Of a DNA stretch of 64,000 nucleotides, positions 53,700 to 64,000 are shown piece after piece. Positions within the stretch are counted from its first letter, which is position 1, and each line of letters opens with the position of its first letter. The notes beneath the pieces were generated by a model. That model was not told where the DNA came from and ran no database searches. It was given only the letters and a program-made list of their open reading frames with translations. The stretch is from Felis catus. Taxonomy: Eukaryota. Both the position numbers and the translations under genes were made by a program. The stretch is taken from contig NC_058368.1 in the NCBI RefSeq assembly GCF_018350175.1, positions 21,702,001-21,766,000 of the forward strand, given 5' to 3'.

Positions 53700-54257
53700 C
53701 ATATGTATATATATACACATATATATGTGTATATAAATATATATTTCCTATTATTTCACAAGATTAAAATCAACAAAGGCAAAAGGCACAGAGGGCAGAG
53801 TTTAGGAGAAACCAGATGCAAGCTTCCAGTTATTCTCTCCCAGTAGAGTTATAAGGACAGTGCTTTATTTTCCCAGCAGTCATGTGTGACACATATGAAC
53901 ACATGAAATAACCATGGAACCTCCTGAACTTTGGTGTGCAGGTATTTATTGGGAGTCAGTCCCAAAGGCATGGACATCCCGCATGATGGCCCTTACCTCA
54001 GGCTTCACCCTCTTCCGGAGGTCAAACTGATACAAGTGTGTCCCACAACCTCAAGCAAACTAAAAGAGGTACTCACATAAAATCACATTGTTACATAGCT
54101 ATTTATTTGCCCAAGATCTGAGGTACACAACATCATTAGGCAGTATAATCCAAGAACTCAGAGGTTATCTCAAAGTTGCTGATCAAGGGCCAGTCCTTTC
54201 TTTGGAATGTATAGAATGTGAGTACCTCGGGCCTCCTAAGGTACCCTTTATTGCATA
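52568..54257. mobile_element. MER21C-like solo LTR (outer element), split by a second LTR
   Basis: Starts TGtgtcagggatccc; ends ccctttattgcata; TSD taag at 52564-52567 and 54258-54261. Confidence 0.75.
52672..53760. mobile_element. MER21B-like solo LTR (inner element)
   Basis: gacacttctggtcaccagatgtgtgggagttttcccc ... ttatttcaCA; TSD agat at 52668-52671 and 53761-53764. Confidence 0.72.
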
Positions 54258-55739
54258 TAAGGATTAAATGTAAGTATACTCTTCTAACTCGACTCAGCTC
54301 TAGTTGTCTCTGAAGCATGTGTCAAGTTGACATTTCATAGATATTCCACAGACGTCTAATCTTCTAGGAAATGCTATACATGTTAATAGCATTTTTGGTA
54401 ACAGTACCTAGCAGGACATGATTTGTTAGCACATTTATTGGAGTGGAGACCACTGAAGGTCTCTGAGCTGAACATATTCTTGTTGGAAGATTTTGTGTTG
54501 CAAGAGATTGCCCTTTGACTCATATACTAGTTTTCAAGAAGATTGTTTCTTCAGAACATTAACCATGTAGAGTTGTCAGTCTTTTGCATGGGTGCATTTG
54601 TGCTTTCTGTTGTGTGTCTAGAGATGAGCTTTCCTGGAAGTCTTTAAGTACCTGAAATATTGGCTGAAGTAAAAAACTTTTAAAGCTTTGTAGCAGAGAA
54701 AAACAGAAATGAATAGTGGAAAATAATTAAAGTAGACCAGGGTTGCTGAAGACTTTGTTGGAGCATCATTAATCAGATTATTAGCTAGAAGGAAAAGAGT
54801 ACACTCATAGACTATTAATAGCTGTAAGAGCCAGGTAGCCTGGCATAGAAATCAAGAAAAGGGGAAATCCAAGAAAAAAGAATAAAAGAATAGCAGAAGG
54901 AGAAGGTATAAAAGAGCAGAAGCAGTTCAAATGGGAAGAGTTAACAAAAGGTAAAATTATAAACATCAGAGACATAGAGCAGCTGTTAGCCTGATAATGG
55001 AGATGAGAAAAGCAAATTTTGATGAAAACAGAAGAAGCTGGAATGGCCTGATAATCGTGTGCTATGAATTTAAAAGTTTTTAGAGCTTTTTTCAAATGAA
55101 ATTTTCAGTGAAGACCCAGTATATCACTAAACAAAATTAAAGAGAGACTAGAGCCTGCAGTTTCAGGAGGCCTAAGACTTAGCTGAACCCACCAGTTTTT
55201 AAGATACTGTCATGGAGATCCACTGAAAATTATTCACTGACCTCAGCTTAGAAGCCTTAAATATTTCATTTTTCTAAACCTCTGTATAGTAGAAAAAGGT
55301 GGTTTTCTGCTAGTAGTGGGTGCCACATTGGGGGGGGGGAAGGTTACATTTTATTTAGCAGCCTCCTAAAACACAGGCCAACTCAACTAGTATTGTTTTG
55401 TGAACATGGTTTATTCAGACACACTATTATGGATAGGTATTTAGGCTGTTTCCTGAATTTGCAAATATAAATAATGTAGCAGTAAATATTCTTGTGTATT
55501 TTCATATTATTGGAGTACCCTTGAGTAAATCCCTAGAAGCGGGATTGCTAGGCCAAAGAATGAATGCATTGTAATTTTCTTACATACTGCCCAAATTCCT
55601 TGTCTTAGAGACTGTGCCATTTTGTATTTCCAGCAGCACCATATGAAAGTGACTTTCTCCATAGCCTTGCCAATAGCATATGTTATCACATTTAAAAATT
55701 TTGCCTATCTGATGGGTAAAAAAACTGTATGTCAGGTTT

Positions 55740-56860
55740 TTTAAAATTATTTTTTATTTTTTAAAATTTACATCCAGATTAGTTAGCATATAGTGCAACA
55801 ATGATTTCAGGAGTAGATATCTTAGTGCCCCTTACCCATTTAGCCCATCCCCCCTCCCACGACCCCTCCAGTAACCTTCAGTTTGTTCTCCATATTTAAG
55901 AAAAATATGTTTTGTCCCTCTCCCTGTTTTTATATTATTTTTGTTTCCCTTCCCTTACATTCATCTGTTTTGTCTCTTAAAGTCCTCATGAGTGAAGTCA
56001 TATGATTTTTGTCTTTCTCTAATTTCACTTAGCATAATACCCTCCAGTTCCATCCACGTAGTTGCAGATGGCAAGATTTCATTCTTTTTGATTGCTGAGT
56101 AATATTCCATTGTGTGTATGTGTGTGTGTGTGTATGTACATACACACACACACACACACACACACCACATCTTCTTTATCCATTCATCCCTCGATGGACA
56201 TTTGGGCTCTTTCCATACTTTGGCTATTTTTTTTTTTAATAGATGAAATTTATTGTCGAATTGGTTTCCATACAACACCCAGTGCTCACCCCAAAAGATG
56301 CCCTCTTCAATACCCGTCACCCACCCGCCTCTCCCTCCCACCCCCCATCAACCCTCAGTTTGTTCTCAGTTTTTAAGAGTCTCTTATGCTTTGGCTCTCT
56401 CCTGCTCTACCCCTTTTTTTTTTTTTTTTTCCCTTCCCCTCCCCCATGGGTTTCTGTTAAGTTTCTCAGGATCCACATAAGAGTGAAACCATATGGTATC
56501 TGTCTTTCTCTGTATGGCTTATTTCACTTAGCATCACACTCTCCAGTTCATCCACGTTGCTACAAAGGGCCATATTTCATTCTTTCTCATTGCCACGTAG
56601 TACTTCATTGTGTATATAAACCACAATTTCTTTATCCATTCATCAGTTGATGGACACTTAGGCTCTTTCCATACTTTGGCTACTGTTGATAGTGCTGCTA
56701 TAAACATGGGGGTGCATGTGTCCCTTCGAAACATCACACCTGTATCCCTTGGATAAATGCCTAGTAGAGCAATTGCTGGGTCGTAGGGTAGTTCTATTTT
56801 TAGTTTTTTGAGGAACCTCCATACTGTTTTCCAGAGTGGCTGCACCAGCTTGCATTCCCA
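55740..56860 (-). mobile_element. Two tandem carnivore L1 3' ends (55740-56227 and 56228-56860) inserted in an older L1
   Basis: Two poly-T tails and two different 3' UTRs; [35 protein letters not shown]; tgtatgtcag at 55726-55735 and 56861-56870. Confidence 0.9.
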
Positions 56861-56887
56861 TGTATGTCAGTTTTAATTTGCATTTCT

Positions 56888-57106
56888 TTTTTTAAAAAAA
56901 AATTTTAATGCTTATTTTTGAGAGACAGACAGACAGAATGGGTGCAGGGGAGGTACAGAGAGAGAGGGAGACAGGGAATCTGAAGCAGGCTCCAGGTTCT
57001 GAGCTATCAGCACAGAGCTTGATGTGGGGCCCAAACTCACAAAATGTGAGATCGTGACCTGAGCTGAAGTTGGGTGCTTAACCAGCTGAGCCACCCAGGT
57101 GCCCCT
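56888..57106 (-). mobile_element. CAN-SINE
   Basis: Antisense copy; taatttgca flanks. Confidence 0.88.
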
Positions 57107-57498
57107 AATTTGCACTTGTTTCTTTCTTTCTTTTTTTTTAATTAGTGAAGTTGGACATTATGTTGTATATATAAGGGCCATTTTTATATCTTTGTAAGTA
57201 GCCTGTTTGTATTTATTGCCTGCTTTTCTATCAGATTTTTGGTCTTTTTGTCTTAGGTTTTAAAAGTTCTGTATATATTAAGGATATTAGCTCTTTGTGA
57301 TACATTATTTCAGATATTCTCCTAATTTGTCTTTAGTCTTTGATACATTTTGCCATGCAGACTTATTTTTTATGTAATCAGATTTATCAATCTTTTGTTG
57401 AATCTAAATCCTTTTCCTGAGTTAATAAGTTTTTTATTATGTTAAGGAAATATCCATAAAATCCTATTTTGAGTGTTGACATCAAGAATGAGTGTTTA

Positions 57499-57712
57499 GG
57501 GGCACCTGCGTGGCTCAGTCGGTTGGGCGACTGACTTCGGCTCAGGTCATGATTTCACACTTCGTGAGTTCAAGCCCCACTTTGAGCTCAGAACCTGGAG
57601 CCTGCTTCGGATTCTGTGTCTCCAGCTCTGTCTCTACCCCTCCCCCACTCACATGTACGTGCGCAGTCTCTCTTCTCTCTCTCTCAAAAATAAACATTAA
57701 AAAAAAATTTAA
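57499..57712 (+). mobile_element. CAN-SINE
   Basis: TSD aagaatgagtgttta / aagaatgggtgttta. Confidence 0.9.
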
Positions 57713-59439
57713 GAATGGGTGTTTAATTTTTCAGTGACTGTGGAGATAATCAGGATTTTTCTTAAATCTATTAATCTAACATCTAAATGATATTTCTAAA
57801 ATTACTGGGTCTGTGGTTTTACTTTATGCTATCTTTATTAGGTATTAATATTATATTTTTATTGCTTTTTTAAAGTTTAGGTATTAACACTGTGCTTCCT
57901 TTATTTTTTATGCCCTGAAACAATATATATAGCATTGGGGGCTCTCCCATCTTTGAAGACTTGGTAGTTTTGCCCTTGAAATTTTTGAGTCTTGGTCCTT
58001 TGTGGGGTTAGTTCCTTGATAATTTTCTCTGTCTTTGCTATGGAAATCGACTTGCTTAAGCTCTCTGTGTCTTCCGAGATCAGCTAACCCTAACTATTGC
58101 CCTAAGAAGTTACTCATTTCATCTAGATTTCAACTCTACTTCCATGTACTATTTACTGTTCTTTTTCTTGCTCTTGATTTGGGATTTATTTATTTGCATC
58201 CTTTTAGTTGTGTTGTGTAAATTTGTAGGAATATGAACTTTCCTTTGATCACTGCTTTACATACATCCATTATTTTCTAGTATGTGGTGTTTTCCTTGTA
58301 ATTTTTTCAAAATTTAGTTTTTTTGGTATTTTCTCTTTCATCCAAGAGTTGTTTGTTATATGGCTCTTAAATTTCCATAACAGAAGTCTTTTTGGTTTTT
58401 ATTTTATTAATGTCTATCTAACTTTTTGTATTGGAATAGTTTTATAGTATTTCTGCTTTATGTAATTTATTGATGTTTTCTTTGGAACTAACATGATTTT
58501 TATGCTCCATATGCAAGTTATATTATCTATTAGCAAGGTATAAATTTCAATATATATTCATAAGATCTGTGTCCTCATTTTTTATCTACTTTTCTCATAC
58601 TGAAAATCTGTCGTGTGTGAAAATACATTACTCGTTTATTTTTATATTTTTGTCTCGCATCCTTTTAGTTTCTGCTTTGTAATTGTGTTTGCAGGGTTAT
58701 TTGGTGGGTAGATTTTATAACTGTTATGTCTTTACTGTAAATTGTAGGATTTAGCTTTATAAAGCAGCATTATTTGTTCTTTGTAATGCTTTTTAGCCTA
58801 AGTTCTGGTCTACTAACAGGATTATAGTCTCTGTTTTCTGAATGTTTACTTGGTGTACCTTAGTTCATTTAATTTTTAGTCTTTTTGAATTACTTAATTT
58901 TAGTTGTGTCTCTTGTATACAGCAGAGAGTTCGGTTCTGTTTTGGGAGCCAATTTAAGAACTTTTTCTGGTTTATAGGTGAGTTAAGCTTGTTCACATTG
59001 TTTGATATGTTTGGTTTTAGCTCAGTCACATTTTGTATGATATTTTGTGTGTGTTTTATTTTTTATTTGGTGTGCTTTTTTTTTTCATTTATTTTGTTAT
59101 TTAGGAAGGTTCATTTTGTTCTAATATTACCTTTTTATTTATACCTTTTATAATGCCCTTTTCTTTTACTGTCTGGTTTGGCAGATAGTATTTTTTGACT
59201 AGTATCTAATACCTATACAATAATTGATGAGCTTATTCTGTTTTCTCTTTTGTCTTGCCTCATCCTCCCATTTTTGAATCTTTAGGCTCATGTCTTTTGC
59301 CAAATTTAGGATATTTTCTGCCATTATTTCTTAAAATATTTTTTCAGCTTCACTCTCCTTCTGCGACTCTGATGACAGAAATGTTAGATCTTCTGTTATT
59401 GTTCTACAGATCTCTGAAACTCTCTGTATTTCTTTGTGA

Positions 59440-60637
59440 TTTTTAAAATTTTTTTTTAACATTTATTTTTGAGACAGAGAGAGACAGAGCATGAACGGGG
59501 GAGGGTCAGAGAGAGGGAGACACAGAATCCGAAACAGGCTCCAGGCTCTGAGCTGTCAGCACAGAGCCCAACGCGGGGCTCAAACTCACAGACTGCGAGA
59601 TCATGACCTGAGCTGAAGTCGGATTCTTAATCAACTGAGCCACCCAGGCGCCCCTGTGATTTTTTTTTTTTTTTTTTACATTATTGTCAAGTTAACTAAC
59701 ATAGAGTGTATACATTATGCTCTTGGTTTCAGGAATCAATTCCCGTGATTCACTGATTACATACAACACCTAGTGCTCATCCCAACAGGTGCCCTCCTCA
59801 ATGCCCATCACCCGTTTTCCCCTCTCCCCCACCATCGACCTTTATGGTTTGTTTTCTGTATTAAAGAGTCTCTTATGGTTTGCCTCCCTCTCTGTTTGAA
59901 ACTGTTTTTTCTCCCTCCCTTCCCCCATGGTCTTCTGTTAAGTTTCTCAAGTTCCACATATGAGTGAAAACATACGATACTTGTCTTTCTTTGACCGACA
60001 TATTTCACTTAGCATAATACCCTCCATTTCCATTCACACTGTTGCAGATGGCAAGATTTCATTCTTTCTCATTGCCAAGTAGTATTCCATTGTCTATATA
60101 AACCACATCTTCTTTATCCATTCATCAGTTGATGGACATATGGGCTCTTTCCATGATTTGTTTTTGAAAGTACTGCTATAAACATTGGGGTACATGGGCC
60201 CCTGTGAATCAGCACTCCTGTATCCTTTGGATAAATTCCTAGTAGTACTATTGCTGGGTCGTAGGGTAGTTCTATTTTTAATTTTTTGAGGAACCTCTAT
60301 ACTGTTTTCCAGAGCGGCTGCACCAGTTTGCATTCCCACCAACAGTGCAAGGGGGTTCCCCTTTCTCCACATCCTCGCCAACGTCTGTTGTTTCCTGAGT
60401 TGTAAATTTTAGCCACTGTGACTGGTGTGAGGTGGATCTCAATTGGTTTTGTGCAATCTTTTTTTAAATATTTATTTATTTTGAGAAAGAGCACTAGTGG
60501 GGGAATGGCAGAGACAGAGAGGCTGACGCTGGACTCGATTCCACAGTGACCACCCGACCACCCCTGAGATCATGACCTGAGCTGAAACAAAGACTCAGAC
60601 ACTTAGCCTTAGCTGACTGAGCCACCCAGGAGCCCCC
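59440..60637 (-). mobile_element. SINE (59440-59655), feline L1 3' end (59660-60445) and SINE (60459-60637) stacked in the same orientation
   Basis: Three T tails; L1 ORF2 C-terminal fragments ([27 protein letters not shown]). Confidence 0.9.
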
Positions 60638-60804
60638 TCTTTGCAGTCTTTTTTGATGTTTGTTTTCCTGTTATCCAGATTGGATGATTTGTATTGATCT
60701 TTGAGTTTGTTGATTGTTTTTTTTCTTTCTCCATTTTACTAGGGAGTATTTCCAGTGAGTTTTAATTTGGATTACTGAATTTTTTAGTTTAAAATGTTCT
60801 GTTT

Positions 60805-61003
60805 GGGGCACACAAGGGTGGATCAGTTGGTTAAGTCTCTGACTGTGGCTCAAGTCATGGTCTCGGGAGTTTGAACCTCATGTTGGGCTCTGCACTAGAA
60901 AGGCAGAGCCTGCTTGGGATTCTCACTCTCTCCTCTTTTTCTGTCCTCCCCTGCTCGTACTTTCTCTCTTTTCTCTCAAAATAAACAAAAACTTTTTTTA
61001 AAA
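60805..61003 (+). mobile_element. CAN-SINE (older)
   Basis: Degenerate head, cagagcctgcttgggattctc, A tail. Confidence 0.82.
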
Positions 61004-61904
61004 ATTTGTTTGGTTCTTCTTTATGTCGTGTTTCTTTGCTGAGATTTCCTATATTTAGTTGTTTTAAATATGTTCACAATTGTTTGCTGAAGTATTTTTA
61101 TGATAGTTACTTTAAAATCTTTGTCAGAGAATTTCAATGTCTCTGTCATCTCAGCATTGACATCTGTTGACTGTCTTTTCCCTTTTGAGTTTGAGATGTT
61201 CCTGGTATGACAAGTTGTTTTCCCTTGTAAGCCTGCACATTTTGGGTGTTCTGTTATGTGACTACAGTTTCTATTTAAGTCTTGTTACCTGCTACTGCCA
61301 CACTGGGTAGTAGACAGGCTTTGTTCACACACACCACGTCTGCAGATACCCTTTAGTAGGGAGGCCTTAGTGCTGTGGTGGGATGGTAGGTGGGCTCAGC
61401 TCTCATGCACAGCTTCCTTCTGTCCCATTCTTGAAGTTGCAGTATTTCTGTTTTTTCAGAATAAATACCATTTATAAGTTTTTCTTCTACTCTTCCACTT
61501 TTGTTTGTGATCTGTAATGATCTATTTCCTCAAGCATCTCTTAGTTGAATGAAGCTCATCATCTAATGAAGAAGGTGTCAGCAGCTTTTTCTGAAAAGGA
61601 CAGATAGTATATATTGTAGGCTTTTGGGGCCACATGGTCTCTGTCCCACTAATATGGGGTAGTTTTAAACACTTAACTCTCCTTACCACTCCTCTTCTTT
61701 GAAATCTTACACAGGCCTGGGGCAGGAGGTCCAGACAAAAGCTAGACTTTAATTTTTTCTCTTCTTACAGGTAATTTGAAATTTGTAGTCTCTGACTTCT
61801 AGTAATGCTGAAGGTGTGGGTTAAATGTGGTTTTATTTGCTCTTTTTATTGATCTTTATACTTCTTGAAAGATATGTAGATGGACTTAATTCAGATGGCA
61901 TTAT

Positions 61905-62101
61905 TTTATTTTTAGTTTTTATTTTAGAGTACGAGTGTGAGTGGTGGAGGGTGTGGGGTAGGGGAGGACAGGGGAGGGGAGAGAGAGAATCTTAAGCAGG
62001 CTCCATGCTCAGTGCAGAGCCCTACTCAGGGCTTGATCTCACAACCCTGGGGATCAGAAATCGAGCTGGATGCTTAACCACCTGAGCCATCCAGGTGCCC
62101 C
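61905..62101 (-). mobile_element. CAN-SINE
   Basis: TSD tggcattatttta. Confidence 0.88.
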
Positions 62102-62838
62102 TGGTGGCATTATTTTAAAAGCAACAGAATGTCTTTAATTTGCATACCTTAGTAAGAAACATCCCTGGATTTCACATGAGATAAGATCTATGGTTACATT
62201 ATAATCTCTTTGACTTTGAAAGAGTCAATAAACCTGAGTCTTTTGTTTTTTGTTATTTGCAAAATCAGATGGCTGTGGGTCATGGTTTATGTTCTGTGCT
62301 CTTCATTTGGGGACCTTTTTCAAGGGCTTTGCAAATAATTTCCTAAGGTTAAAATGCCAACTTAATTCTTTTATCTGTTTATTTTAATAGCCTAAACAAG
62401 TAATTATATTGCTAAACATGTATGAAAACCACTGGTATAGACAGGTGATCTTTTTGGGCTCTTCTAGACTTGAAGCAGCTTGGTATATGGTCTTGTTCTG
62501 TATATAAAGTGTTTCCTTGTGATTATTAGGTACTCAGTTTGCGGGGCAGAGAGAACAACTTTTCTACTTGTTTTTAAATTCATTTATCTGATATATAAAT
62601 GCATAAGTTGGGGTAGAAGTTGTCTCACACTTCCATGCCTCATTTTTGTAAAGAGTGATTGATCTGAGGTAGGCATTGAGAGAGTGCTCTGCTGCTTAGT
62701 AGATTTATCAAGTAAGCAGATACTTTTGCCACCAAGCTAAAACATAGTTTAATTACTTTTTACGTTACCACCTCTGAGTTATGTATTTTAAGCATTCAAA
62801 AAAATAACTGAATTGTAATTCTTTTTTACTTCCTGTAG

Positions 62839-62979
<141 letters not shown>

Positions 62980-63944
62980 TAAAAATTTTTCCTAACTTGT
63001 TTAAAATTGTGTTTGCTATAACCTGTTAACTTGAACAACCAGGGTTCAGTTCGGTCCATATGTACATATCTTCCATATTTCTCCTCTGTTTTACTGAACC
63101 TGATTTTGTTGGTTTCCAAATCTTTGTCTCACCCAGATTCTTCACAGTTTCAGACTCCTAGAACCCAGTTGTCCTTGAGCCCTTAGACGTCTCCTCTGAG
63201 AACTCCTTTAAAGCATTCTATTGCCATTTTAACCAGACAAAAAGTGTATCGTCTTCTTCCACAAATCTGCTCCTCTGTATATATCTCCTTTCAGTAGACC
63301 ACATGGTCCAAGCTTCAAACCTTGATTCCTCCTTTCTTTTCCCCTCCATTACAAAGTTCTGTTAATTCTTATTATGTAGCTTATGAATCTGTCTACTCCT
63401 TAAGTATCCTGAGCCACTGATTTAGTTCAAGACTCATTTTTTTTTCTGTCCAAATAATTAGAACAGCATCCTAACTGCATTTTTTTTCCTCTCTCATTTC
63501 TCCTCACTTTAGTTAGGTGTGGGTGGCTGATAGATGTTTATTCCACTTCTACCAAAGTGACTTTCTGGATGGAAATGTGTGCCCATTCCAGGCCTTTATT
63601 AAAATATTTCTGTGCTACTCATTTAGTAATAGATTAGAAATAGCTGCTGTTAAAAGGAACCTTTACCTGTTAATTTTTCTTTTTTTTTAATTTTTTGAAA
63701 AATTTTTTTGATAGTTTTTCACACATTTTTCTGTAGTTCCATAGTTCTGTAGTTCCATTTTTTATGACTATTGTTTAAAATTCAAAATTGCCTCTCAGTT
63801 CTACATAGTACTTTGCCTAAGAATACAGTAAGTGCTAATCATTCACCCCTTGCATTTTTACGTTTTCTCAGGATTATGAAAACTATAGAGTCAGTTTCCT
63901 CATAAACAAATAAATGTATAAAAAGTATTTTATCCCCACCCCAG

Positions 63945-64000
63945 ACAGCAGCACTCAGAGCCGTTGGCAACATAGTGACTGGCACCGATGAGCAGACCCA
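63945..64000 (+). CDS. KPNA3: KPNA3 exon 12, partial at the window end: TAALRAVGNIVTGTDEQT
   Basis: ccccag acceptor; in frame with exon 11; runs off the window. Confidence 0.95.

Overview
AT-rich, repeat-dense mammalian genomic DNA. The tRNA-derived CAN-SINEs, including young feline-type SINEC_Fc copies, and carnivore L1 3' ends point to a felid. The whole window lies inside one + strand gene, KPNA3 (karyopherin alpha 3 / importin alpha-4). Eleven internal coding exons (probably exons 2-12, the last cut by the window edge) splice in frame through GT-AG sites and give TMRRHRNEVTVELRK...GNIVTGTDEQTQ (IBB domain plus ARM repeats). The first exon and promoter lie upstream of the window. The introns hold about 40 CAN-SINEs, nested and truncated L1s, L2/MIR relics, hAT and Tigger DNA-transposon relics and several solo LTRs, including an LTR inserted into another LTR with both TSDs visible. 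I found no evidence of a new biological system. The findings are mostly transposon-architecture events, possible RNA-structure or splicing effects, and two unexplained coding-like relics. Repeat family names come from recalled consensus sequences, not database searches, and repeat boundaries are approximate.
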